Assembly (NCBI GenBank): GCA_965207065.1
Contig: OZ242260.1
Coordinates: forward strand, 4,096,001 to 4,160,000
Length of the DNA stretch: 64,000 bases
DNA from: a bacterium
GTDB taxonomy: Bacteria > UBA8248
Direction: 5' to 3'
Part shown: positions 18,257 through 26,861 of the stretch, one piece after another
Layout: every line of letters starts with the position of its first letter
Numbering within the stretch: position 1 is the first letter of the stretch
Translations under genes and position numbers: made by a program
Notes under the pieces: generated by a model
Told to the model about the DNA's origin: nothing
The model's input: the letters and a program-made list of their open reading frames with translations, nothing else
Databases searched by the model: none

Positions 18257-18701
18257 TTCGAACTACTTCGCCTACGGGGCGAACCTGCACATCGCGCAAA
18301 TGAAGTCCCTGTGTCCGAAGAGCGCGCCCGTATGCACCGCGCGTCTCGCGGACTACCGCCTCACCATCGCCCTGCCCGCGTCATCGCCCGGAAACCAGCC
18401 CGGCTGGGCGACCGTAACGCCCCAAGAAGGCGCCGAGACGCAAGGTGCGCTGTTCCGTCTTCACGCGGACGATCTTCCCGCGCTGGATCATTTCGAGGAC
18501 TACCCCGCGCTCTACGACCGCATTGAGGTGGAGATCGTTACAGACGAAGGCCCGCTCCGGGCTATGCTCTACATCATGCGGCACCCTATCAGGGCGGCGC
18601 GCCCGGCGGCGCACTACGTCGAGACGCTCCGGCAGGGATACCGGGATTTCGACCTGCCGATGGAGGTGCTGGAGGGTGTTCTGGGGGAGGCCTTTTCCTG
18701 A
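18249..18701 (+). CDS. Gamma-glutamylcyclotransferase family protein (probable ACG start)
   Basis: YFAYGANL signature lies upstream of the first ATG (18300); LDHFEDYP motif. Confidence 0.8.
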   Translation, partial: TPDSNYFAYGANLHIAQMKSLCPKSAPVCTARLADYRLTIALPASSPGNQPGWATVTPQEGAETQGALFRLHADDLPALDHFEDYPALYDRIEVEIVTDEGPLRAMLYIMRHPIRAARPAAHYVETLRQGYRDFDLPMEVLEGVLGEAFS

Positions 18702-18702
18702 T

Positions 18703-19063
18703 GGGGATGTTGAAAGAGCCCTTTTCTGTTGAGAGTGACCCCTCGATGGTATTGAAGTTCACTCCCCCCTTGAGGGTCGGTCTTTCCTTCTCGGGAAGAC
18801 CGACGGTGAGGTAAGGGGGGTTTTACCCCCGAAACCGAACCGGTGGGGGGTATAACTCGGAATGGCGATAAAACGCATTTTACCCCCCACCGAATCGGCC
18901 TTCGCATAAAACGCTCGACCTCTTCGTCGGCTTTCCCCTCGGGAAGCCGACCCTCAAGGGGGGAGTGATTGTTTGGCGCTCTGCAACGGGGAAGTGATGC
19001 CTCCCCTCTCCCCGGTCGGTTACATTAGCCGAATAACAAAATCGGGACTTATTCAACAACTCC
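18703..19063. mobile_element. MITE-family element with nested TCACTCCCCCTTGAGGG...CCCTCAAGGGGGGAGTGA palindromic module
   Basis: Degenerate TIRs GGGGATGTTGAAAGAG / CTTATTCAACAACTCC; inner module ~18759-18968 matches ~24905-25080 in reverse. Confidence 0.7.
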
Positions 19064-19090
19064 TTGAGATGCTCATCTGTAGGCCCAACG

Positions 19091-19552
19091 TCAGTCGGCG
19101 GTCCTCTCCAACAGCCGTTGCAAGGCGAGCATCGCCGTCTCGCTCTGCTTCATCGTCAGTTCGCTTTGCTTGAGAAGCGCGTCCGTTCGCTTCGAGGTGT
19201 CTTCCTGCAACTTGATCAGCGCGTCCGTTCGCTTCATGGACTCTTCGTGCTGCCTGGCGAAGGCGTCCGCCATGATATCAGTCCGTCTCATGGACTCTTC
19301 CTGCAGCCTTGTCAGCGCATCCGTTCGCTTCATGGACTCTTCGTGCTGTTTGCTGAAGCCGTCCGCCATGACGTCGATCTGCTTCATCATGGCGTCGATC
19401 TGCCTGTCCGTCTGGATGGCGCGCCTCTCGGAGGCGTCGCTCATTCGCTTGATGCCGTAAAAGAACAGACCCGATTGCAGCATGCCCACGAACAGGGCCA
19501 CGCCGGCCTGAACCCATCCCACGAGCAATGTCGCCTGCTGAAACTCGGTCAT
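19091..19552 (-). CDS. Membrane-anchored coiled-coil protein with internal 32-aa repeats (MTE...ALxxLxxRT family)
   Basis: AAGGA RBS; N-terminal TM helix; repeated EESM(K/R)RTD. Confidence 0.8.
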   Translation of the reverse strand: MTEFQQATLLVGWVQAGVALFVGMLQSGLFFYGIKRMSDASERRAIQTDRQIDAMMKQIDVMADGFSKQHEESMKRTDALTRLQEESMRRTDIMADAFARQHEESMKRTDALIKLQEDTSKRTDALLKQSELTMKQSETAMLALQRLLERTAD

Positions 19553-19699
19553 TTCCTTCTCCCACGCCTGAGAATAAATCAATACGCGAGACGCCATCAA
19601 CTCGTCTCACCTCGGGTGGGTCCTCAGTTGTCGGTTCAATTGTAAAGGAGTATAGCAAAAACGAAATAAATACGTAAGCGCCGGGGTTAGGCCGTTTCC

Positions 19700-20185
19700 C
19701 TAGAAGTCGCCCTTTTCCTGCAGGTAGGGAATGAGGCCGCCCGCCTCGATCATCGACCACAGGCCGTCGGGGAATGGCGCGAAGGTAATCGTCTCATCGC
19801 CGGCGCGGGCCTCGCCCGCCATGGGGTCGACTTCTATCTCATCGCCCGCCTGGATGGCGTCGGTGTCGCACGCGATGACGGGAAGGCCTGAGTTGATGGC
19901 GTTCCGGTAGAACATGTGCCCGAAACTCCTGGCGAGCACGCAGCTTACGCCGAGTTCGCGGAGCACGACGGCGGCATCCTGACGGCTGCTGACGAGGCCG
20001 AAGTTCTCCCCCGCCACCAGCACGTCGCCGGACTGCACCTTCTCCGAGAATTCAGGGTCGATTTCCTTGAAGGCGTCGCGCTTTAGTTCCTCCAGCGTAG
20101 TGCCCGGCGAGCGGTATTTTACGGACAGATGCACGTCGGTGCTGATGTCGTCCCCGAAGCGGTGGACGCGTCCCCTCATCGCCAA
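19700..20185 (-). CDS. leuD: 3-isopropylmalate/homoaconitate-type dehydratase small subunit (type 2)
   Basis: FGDDISTD, AGENFG, ARSFGHMFYRNAINSG. Confidence 0.85.
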   Translation of the reverse strand: MAMRGRVHRFGDDISTDVHLSVKYRSPGTTLEELKRDAFKEIDPEFSEKVQSGDVLVAGENFGLVSSRQDAAVVLRELGVSCVLARSFGHMFYRNAINSGLPVIACDTDAIQAGDEIEVDPMAGEARAGDETITFAPFPDGLWSMIEAGGLIPYLQEKGDF

Positions 20186-20224
20186 AATTTCATTCTCCTC
20201 GTTATGTGTCCATACTCGTTTCGC

Positions 20225-21481
20225 CTAAAGAAATTCCCTGGGGTCGGTGATGCGGCCGGTCACCGCGCTCGCCGCCACCGTGGCCGGGGAGCCCAGATAT
20301 ATCTCGGCCTCCTTGCTGCCGAGCCTGCCGGGGAAATTGCGGTTCGCGGAAGATATGGCGCGCTCCCCGTCGGCCAGACAGCCGTTCCCCGTCATCGAGG
20401 CGCACGGCCCGCAGGCGGCGGTGAGCACGGCGGCCCCCGCTTCGGCCAATGCCCCGATGGCCCCGCTCGCTGCGGCGGCCTCGTAAATCTTCTTGCTCGT
20501 GGGCGCGACGTAGAAGCGAACGCCGGGCGCTATCTTCCTGCCGCGCACGATGCTAGCCGCGATTTCGATGTCCTCGAGCCGCCCGTTCGTGCACGTGCCC
20601 ACGAACGCCTGCTGGACGGGGAGGCCCGCGTAGTCCTCTACCGGGTGCGCGTTCCCCGTGGCGGGCGGAGCGGCCACGACGGGCGTGAGTCCGGAAATAT
20701 CGAGATGGATTCGCCGGGCGTATACGGCGTCCTCATCCGGGGCCACCGCCCCATCCACAGGCGCGCCGTGCGCACGCGCCCAGTCGAGCGCCTTCTCGTC
20801 CACCTCCATGACGCCCGTCTTCGCCCCCATGTCGACCGACATGTTCGCAACCGTGAAGCGCGCGTCCATCGAGAGGTCCGCGAGCGCCGCGCCGCCGTAT
20901 TCCACCGCCATGTAGTTCGCGCCGTTCTCGCCCATCTCGCGCGCGAGCGTCAGTTCCATGTCTTTCGAGAACACGCCATGCGCGAGCGCGCCGGTGAACT
21001 CCACGCGAACGCTCTCGGGCGTCTTGAACCACAGCTTCCCGGTGGCGTAGGCGGAGGCGATCTCCACGCTCTCCACGGCCACGCCCATCGCGCCCAGCGC
21101 CCCGTAGGTGCAGACGTGGCTGTCGCCGCCCACGGTGAGCGCGCCGGGACCCACGCGGCCCTCTTCGGTCACCACGGTGTGGCAGACGCCCGCGCCCGGT
21201 TCGAACACCTCGACGCCGTGCTCTTCGCCGAAAATTCTCAGCTTCCTGTGGTGGTTCGCCCAGAGCACGTCCTGCGCGGGCACGAAATGATCGATGATGA
21301 AATCGGTCTTCTTCGGGTCCATCCGGAACGCGAAGCCCGCCTCGCGGAAGATGTCGACCGCCTTCGGCCCCTTGGCGTCACCCGCCATGACGTAGTCGAG
21401 TTCGGCGATTACCAGGTCGCCCGCCCTGGCCTCGCTTCCTGAGTGCTCGGAGAGGATCTTCTCCGCCATCGTCTGCCCCAC
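20225..21481 (-). CDS. leuC: 3-isopropylmalate/homoaconitate-type dehydratase large subunit (type 2)
   Basis: GQTMAEKIL, GDSH, GTCTNGR, CGPC, NRNFPGR; AAGGAG RBS then GTG. Confidence 0.88.
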   Translation of the reverse strand: MGQTMAEKILSEHSGSEARAGDLVIAELDYVMAGDAKGPKAVDIFREAGFAFRMDPKKTDFIIDHFVPAQDVLWANHHRKLRIFGEEHGVEVFEPGAGVCHTVVTEEGRVGPGALTVGGDSHVCTYGALGAMGVAVESVEIASAYATGKLWFKTPESVRVEFTGALAHGVFSKDMELTLAREMGENGANYMAVEYGGAALADLSMDARFTVANMSVDMGAKTGVMEVDEKALDWARAHGAPVDGAVAPDEDAVYARRIHLDISGLTPVVAAPPATGNAHPVEDYAGLPVQQAFVGTCTNGRLEDIEIAASIVRGRKIAPGVRFYVAPTSKKIYEAAAASGAIGALAEAGAAVLTAACGPCASMTGNGCLADGERAISSANRNFPGRLGSKEAEIYLGSPATVAASAVTGRITDPREFL

Positions 21482-21517
21482 GGTGTTCTCCTTGCTGAAT
21501 TCCGTAACGCGAATCAC

Positions 21518-21712
21518 TTAAAAAGCTTTGGGAAGACCCGCCTGCTTGAGCACCGCGTTGGCCGTATGGCGGGACTTGATTTCATTATCCACCGGAAAAC
21601 GCTTCGAAGTTACGGGGCTGTACCAGATTTCATGATCGCCCCTGCCCTGCCGCTCGTAGCGGCAACCTTCCTCGCGCAGAAGTTTTTTCAATTCCCTGGT
21701 GTAATTTCCCAC
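21518..21712 (-). CDS. hicA: HicA family toxin
   Basis: RQGRGDHEIWYSP...KSRHTANAVLKQAG. Confidence 0.9.
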   Translation of the reverse strand: MGNYTRELKKLLREEGCRYERQGRGDHEIWYSPVTSKRFPVDNEIKSRHTANAVLKQAGLPKAF

Positions 21713-21715
21713 GGA

Positions 21716-21958
21716 TCAGGCGAATTGGACTTCCCGTTCGAACGCGCCAAAATGCGTTTTCGCCTGTCGCGGCGAGACGCCCTCCAAAAGGTGGTCATTC
21801 AATTCCAGGAGTTCCGGAATGAGCGTTTTCAGTTTCTCCTCGAGTTCCTCGGGCGTGGGCGCTTCGGCGACGAGTCCGGGTACGTCTTCGCTCTCGGCCA
21901 CCCAGACCCGAGCCTCCGAATCCCATTCAGCGAAAACTTGAATGATGTCCCGCGCCAT
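21716..21958 (-). CDS. HicB-like antitoxin (DUF1902-type)
   Basis: WDSEARVWVAESEDVPGLVAEA; directly upstream of hicA. Confidence 0.85.
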   Translation of the reverse strand: MARDIIQVFAEWDSEARVWVAESEDVPGLVAEAPTPEELEEKLKTLIPELLELNDHLLEGVSPRQAKTHFGAFEREVQFA

Positions 21959-22167
21959 TGTCCGTCTCCATCTGCGCCTCCGCCAAACGGCGGGAGGTAT
22001 TCTCATGTTATCCCTTCAGAATCTCGTGTCAATTCCCTGGGAGCCTCTCTCGATATTCTGTCTGTGAGGCGTCCGGCTCACGCCCCGGAATCACTTTGAC
22101 TTATCCTCCGCTATTGGAGAAACTGGCCGGACTGGCTGCTCCACGAGGACAGACAGGAGAGAACCGA

Positions 22168-22521
22168 ATGACGGAATACGAAGCCGCAAGCCTCGCCTTG
22201 CAAAAATCTGCTCTTGCGCTCCAACAAGCTTCCCTCGCTGCGCAGCAAGCCTCCGTGTGGGTCGCCGCCTTCGTCGGGGCCGCGCAATGCAGCCTCATCG
22301 GGATTGGCCTCTACATCATGCGGCAGGCCTCGAAGCAGCGCGACGCCCAGCACCAAGAGAACATGGCGCAGCACCGTGAGACCATGGCGTCGCTGCAGGC
22401 TCAGCGAGAGGCGCAAAGCGAACAGCATCAGGAAACCATGAAGGCGTTGGAAGGCCAACACAAGGCGCTGGAAAACCAGAGCGAAGCGCTCCGGGAACTC
22501 ATCCGGCGTACGTCGGCGTAG
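22168..22521 (+). CDS. Membrane-anchored coiled-coil protein (MTE...ALxxLxxRT family)
   Basis: AGGAG RBS; MTEYE start, TM helix, Q/E-rich heptads, ALRELIRRTSA end. Confidence 0.8.
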   Translation: MTEYEAASLALQKSALALQQASLAAQQASVWVAAFVGAAQCSLIGIGLYIMRQASKQRDAQHQENMAQHRETMASLQAQREAQSEQHQETMKALEGQHKALENQSEALRELIRRTSA

Positions 22522-22550
22522 TCTGTGCAAGGGGATGGTTAAGGGGGGCG

Positions 22551-22679
22551 TCACCGCCTCCGCCGTCTCGGTTTTTTCTTCACCCTCACCTCAAGCGGCG
22601 CGCGCATTTTCTCGTACAGTGTGAATAGGTGCTCCACGCGTTTGCGTTTGGTGGCGAAGCCGGTGCGGCGGTATAAACG
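22551..22679 (-). pseudogene. C-terminal remnant of an MmeI-like (type IIL) restriction-modification enzyme
   Basis: RLYRRTGFATKRKRVEHLFTLYEKMRAPL...* with no upstream gene body. Confidence 0.6.
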
Positions 22680-22754
22680 GATCATATATCGATAAGCAAC
22701 CTTCGCCGCGCGGATGCGCATCTTGTTCCAAGAATGACATACGACCTTCGAAAA

Positions 22755-23693
22755 TTACTGATCGAAATATTCCTCGTCGATCTGTTTGATCTTGTAATAA
22801 TCCTGTTGACGATCCTGATCCCGTGCGCGTACGCCGATATCGTAACGGACCATGAGGCGAGCTAGTTCTTCCCCATCAATCAAGACAATGCGCTTCGGGC
22901 TGCGCGCCACATAGTCCCTTGCGGAATTCGTGAAACTTGATGTGGTGACAAACACGCCCTTAGTAGTGCCTGCCGCGTCTATCGACCCGGCAAAGTTGCG
23001 CAGGTCACCCTCACCGACAGTATTACCGTCGGCATACTTCTTCGCCTGAACATAGACCTCGTCGAGACCGAGCGCATCTTCCTTGATCGTGCCATCTATC
23101 CCGCCATCTCCCGAACGTCCGGTCACTATTCCCTTCGCAGCGTCTCCACCGCCATAGCCCATGGCAATTAACAAATCGACAACCACCCGTTCAAGAAAAG
23201 AAGGCTGAGTATTACGGACTCGATCCAATACGTCGGCTTCCAGTTCGTTGCGCAGGTGCCTGGCTGCCTTCTCCAAAGCTTCTTCGGGTGTGTCGGTCGA
23301 ATCATCCGGCATAGAGTATTTGGTATCGTCATTCGAAGATGGCGTATTCCTTCCGGTTTGCCATGCGACATAAGTTGGATATTGGCGAAGATAGTTCATG
23401 TCGATACGGGCTGGTGCATCCACCAACAGTTTTTTGCCTTCTGAGGTCAGCCGCCAAACGCCGCGACTAACCCGTTCCGTCAAACCAGCGTGTCCAAGAT
23501 AAATGACCGCCCAACTTACCCGGTTCGTGAAAATCGGCTGGCGACCACTGGGAAGCATCTCCCGAACATCTTCTGGCGTCAGCCCTCCGGCGGCGGCGAT
23601 ACGTTCGCGTATTGCGGACATGGGCGTTTCCGCTCCGCTGGCAAGCGCTTTAATCGCCGGAAGCATGAGTGACTGAAAATCAGGGATGGACAT
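22755..23693 (-). CDS. mrr: Mrr type IV restriction endonuclease
   Basis: MSIPDFQSLMLP N-terminal winged helix; DGGIDG...VQAKK catalytic motif. Confidence 0.95.
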   Translation of the reverse strand: MSIPDFQSLMLPAIKALASGAETPMSAIRERIAAAGGLTPEDVREMLPSGRQPIFTNRVSWAVIYLGHAGLTERVSRGVWRLTSEGKKLLVDAPARIDMNYLRQYPTYVAWQTGRNTPSSNDDTKYSMPDDSTDTPEEALEKAARHLRNELEADVLDRVRNTQPSFLERVVVDLLIAMGYGGGDAAKGIVTGRSGDGGIDGTIKEDALGLDEVYVQAKKYADGNTVGEGDLRNFAGSIDAAGTTKGVFVTTSSFTNSARDYVARSPKRIVLIDGEELARLMVRYDIGVRARDQDRQQDYYKIKQIDEEYFDQ

Positions 23694-23969
23694 CGGTCTT
23701 CTCTCCTCTAAGCTAACGTTTACCGAGGCTTTACTCACTCTATGCTCCAGTGGCTCGTTTTGGTCTCAATATAGCAAAGCTCCCAGGACTATTGCGGGTT
23801 CAGCCAGAACTCCGGTGTCGTTCCAGGAAAGGCGCACGTATGGCCTCAGGCGATGCCGCGCCGGGCGGCGCTATGGGATGTATGGCGATGCGGTGCTTTC
23901 TTCCGGGTCCTCATGGAACAGGAATATCGCATATTTCGGGGCGCGGTTCCTAGCGGGGTGGTGAACAGA

Positions 23970-23995
23970 GCGGGCGGCTCGCGAGCCGCCCCTAC
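23970..23995 (-). repeat. Single GTAG-type REP
   Basis: Reverse complement reads GTAGGGGCGGCTCGCGAGCCGCCCGC. Confidence 0.75.
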
Positions 23996-24042
23996 AAAAT
24001 CCGCAAACCTTCGCCCCTTCACTCGGCAAATACTCGCTCCTC

Positions 24043-24198
24043 GGGGTTGTTGAAAAGACCCCTTTTCATGGGGTAGAGGGGACGTCCCTCTCGATTGGTA
24101 AAAAGCAACCCCCCCCTACCCCCCCTTATTAGGGGGGTAAAAAAAAGCCCCCTGCCAAGGGGGGTACTGCCCACGTCGAGGGTGTTTTCAACGGGCCC
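24043..24198. mobile_element. Short MITE-family copy
   Basis: GGGGTTGTTGAAAAG ... GTTTTCAACGGGCCC; interior matches 6541-6625. Confidence 0.8.
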
Positions 24199-24263
24199 AC
24201 CTCTCTCGCGTTTGACCCTCAAGGGGGGAGTGAAATTCCTTTCTCCTCAGTCGGCTTTGTCCC

Positions 24264-24812
24264 TCACCCGGCGGGTCGGTGGCGCGCCAGGGCGCGGGAG
24301 AGGATGTCGCGCGCAGGCGCTGAGCCGTCGAGCGGGCGCAGCTTCCGGCTCTTGATCTTCCAGCCCTCCGGCGTGCGCACGAGCTCCCAGTGGTTGGCGA
24401 GGACGCGGTGGATGCGGTAGCCGGTGGAGACGCCGTGGTTGGGCAGTTCGCGCTCCTCACCCCCGGCGTCCGGGTGGATGAGCTGCAGGTAGGAGGTGAC
24501 GAAGGCCGTGTCGCCGCCAAGTTCGACGTGCGGCAGCCCGGCGAAGTGGGCGAGGCCGCCCTGGATCGCCTCTTGATGCGCGGGCCTCAAGGTGATGGCG
24601 GCGATGGCCTCGTTTCCGAGCGTGCAGTCGAGGCTCTCGCCGCGGTCGAAGACGCCGTCCTCGGTGAAGACGGCGCGGGTGTAAAAATCCGCGCCCGTGT
24701 CCGCGCTCGGCGGATGCGAAGCTATCAAGTTATAGATTTCGAGCCTGTCCTCGATATCGCGAAGCCGCGCCTCTAGCGACTTAGGCTCCGATGCGCGTTC
24801 AGTATCAGCCAT
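24264..24812 (-). CDS. SnoaL/NTF2-like family protein
   Basis: RLRDIEDRLEIYNLI, FTEDGVFD, RTPEGWKIKSR; GGAGG RBS. Confidence 0.9.
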   Translation of the reverse strand: MADTERASEPKSLEARLRDIEDRLEIYNLIASHPPSADTGADFYTRAVFTEDGVFDRGESLDCTLGNEAIAAITLRPAHQEAIQGGLAHFAGLPHVELGGDTAFVTSYLQLIHPDAGGEERELPNHGVSTGYRIHRVLANHWELVRTPEGWKIKSRKLRPLDGSAPARDILSRALARHRPAG

Positions 24813-24904
24813 ATCGTTTCCTCCCCGGCGATTTGATGTGGGATGAGTATATCGCAAAATTGGGGGCGTGGTTTCTCCATGGCCGGATTTCATCCTGTGG
24901 GGAT

Positions 24905-25317
24905 TCACTCCCCCCTTGAGCGGTCGGGCATCCCGAGGGGAAAGCCAGACGATGAAGCCGAACGGTATTTGCGAAGGCTGAATCGGTGGGGGGTAAAATG
25001 CGTTTTATTGTCATTCCGAATTATACCCCCCACCAGTTCACTTTCGGGTTTACGCCCTCAGCTCACTGACTCCCCCTCTAGGGTCTGTTAAAAACCCCTC
25101 CTCTCTCGCAATTGACCAGCGCCGGAATGACGATCAAAAGCGAACAGCAAAACCACCCTCCCGCATTGGGCGGCACTCTTTGGCGCATCATTTCCCCCTA
25201 GAGGACTTTTTCATCGGGCATTCCCCTCGGGATGCCCGACCGCTCAAGGGGGGAGTGTACCTTGCGCTTTCATTGGAAGAGTCAATCCTCGTTCACCAGG
25301 AGTTTTTCAACAGCCTC
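24905..25317. mobile_element. Composite of palindromic repeat modules and a MITE-family copy
   Basis: TCACTCCCCCCTTGAGCGGTCGGGCATCCCGAGGGGAA with inverted partner at ~25214-25258; GGGTCTGTTAAAAA (25081) ... GTTTTTCAACAGCCTC (25317). Confidence 0.7.
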
Positions 25318-25587
25318 GAAGAGGAAGAGTTTGCGATAGCCCGGAAACGAGGAACATATCGGTTCGCAATTCCGCGCAGTTGCGCATATCGCGCGTGAAG
25401 CAATTTTCGCTACACTGGCGCGCAAGGTTCGCCGTCCGTGGCGGTTCGACAACTTGCGGGCGGGGGCGTTTCGGGAGAGCATCGAGAGCGGATCAGGGGG
25501 GTGGACGATGAGGCGAAGCGGTGGTGAATTCCAGACTTCGAACAGGGTTTCCCGAACGAGGTCCGCAGGCGCGGAGACGCCAACCGG

Positions 25588-25655
25588 AATTTCCGTAAAT
25601 TTCGATAAATATAGATAAATTCACGGGATTTTTCGATAAATTGCCGTAAATTGAA
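25588..25655 (+). promoter_or_regulatory. Phased cluster of TCGATAAATT-like decamers (element A)
   Basis: Perfect copy at 25633; near copies at 25592, 25602, 25612, 25643. Confidence 0.65.
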
Positions 25656-25830
25656 TTCCTGGGATATGACGCCCGGGGGCCGCGACGCAGGGGAATTCTG
25701 CCATGGCCCGCGCCTTCCGCGATAACGGAAAATGCGGGGAGTTGCGGGGGTGGATGCGCTTACAGTGAAATATACGCGCAGGCGTCATAACCGGCTGATA
25801 ATTAACGGGTAACCTAAAAAGGAGAGCATT

Positions 25831-26193
25831 TTGGACTGGATAGGAGTGGGACTTTTGGCGCTGGGCGCCATCGTGGGCACGCTCAACGCGGCCACTGGCG
25901 TGGGCTGGGGCATCATCATGATGCCCGTGCTGTTCCTCATCCCCGGGCTCACGCCCCAGCAGGCGGTGGCGGTCTCGATTCTCGCCTATCTGTTCAACTC
26001 GCTGGTCGCCTCGTTCGAGAACGTGCGAAGCGGCCTAATTGTCTGGAATTACGCGGTTTATCTCAGCATCGGGGCTATCGTCGGCGGCGTCCTGGGCGCG
26101 CATCTTCTCCAGACATTCTCGGCGCTGACGCTCAAGAGAATCGTGGGCGTCGTTGTGATCGGCGCGGGCGCGAGCCTGCTCATCAACCGCTGA
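25831..26193 (+). CDS. Half-size TauE/SafE (sulfite exporter-like) membrane protein
   Basis: AAGGAG RBS then TTG; GVGWGIIMMP, QAVAVS, GAIVGGVLGA. Confidence 0.82.
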   Translation: MDWIGVGLLALGAIVGTLNAATGVGWGIIMMPVLFLIPGLTPQQAVAVSILAYLFNSLVASFENVRSGLIVWNYAVYLSIGAIVGGVLGAHLLQTFSALTLKRIVGVVVIGAGASLLINR

Positions 26194-26226
26194 AAAGAAA
26201 ACCCCCCGTTTATGACGAGGGGTTTC
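26194..26226. terminator. Intrinsic terminator-like hairpin between convergent genes
   Basis: AAACCCCCCGT-TTATG-ACGAGGGGTTT with flanking A/T runs. Confidence 0.6.
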
Positions 26227-26473
26227 AAGCTGCTTGCGCTTCATAGGCTCCCGACTATACTGGCAGGGCATATAAAGTACACGAAATCAGCGATTTAACG
26301 TAATCTGTTTCATGCGATACATCGGCCGGCTATCCCAGCAGCTTCCTCTTCATCCAGCCCAAAGCCCGCGCCACGGCGGAGAACAGCCCGCCCACTCACG
26401 TGGGGCAGGCCGTTTGTTCCGGCGGCGTTTGGCCCTTATCGTGAATCTTCTCCTGCGTGGGGTTCGGCATGAT

Positions 26474-26827
26474 TCAGCCCTCTCCTCCCTGCGAGCTTTC
26501 GGCGCGTCCGGGGGCGATATCGTAAAGATAATCAAACGAATAGATGCCCGCGCCGCAGCCGCCCCGCCAGATGAAATTGATGGCGTAGCGCCCCACCATC
26601 TCCACGTTCTCGAGCTCTGTCGGCCCACTCGGCCCCGAGAGGACGGCGAGGGGGTTTTTCTCGCGCTCCTTGCGCTCCTCCTTGCAGTTCGCACACGGAC
26701 AAAGGGCCGCGAGGTAATCGAAGCCGTAGGCGCTCTTCTCCCCGCTCGCCCACTCGACGCGAAACTCGCGGGCGGGCTTGTCCACCGTGAGATCGACGGG
26801 ATGGGCCTTGTCGACAGGTGTGTTCAT
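26474..26827 (-). CDS. DUF971 / GBBH-like N-terminal domain protein
   Basis: LCPCANC, VGRYAINFIW, GIYSFDYL. Confidence 0.88.
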   Translation of the reverse strand: MNTPVDKAHPVDLTVDKPAREFRVEWASGEKSAYGFDYLAALCPCANCKEERKEREKNPLAVLSGPSGPTELENVEMVGRYAINFIWRGGCGAGIYSFDYLYDIAPGRAESSQGGEG

Positions 26828-26861
26828 AAGTCGTTGATCCCCTGAAGGTTATTGCGCCGCA

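Noticed and set aside
26191-26193. TGA ending the half-size TauE gene as possible Sec
   Set aside because: Not at a conserved Cys position; followed by a terminator-like hairpin rather than a second TM repeat
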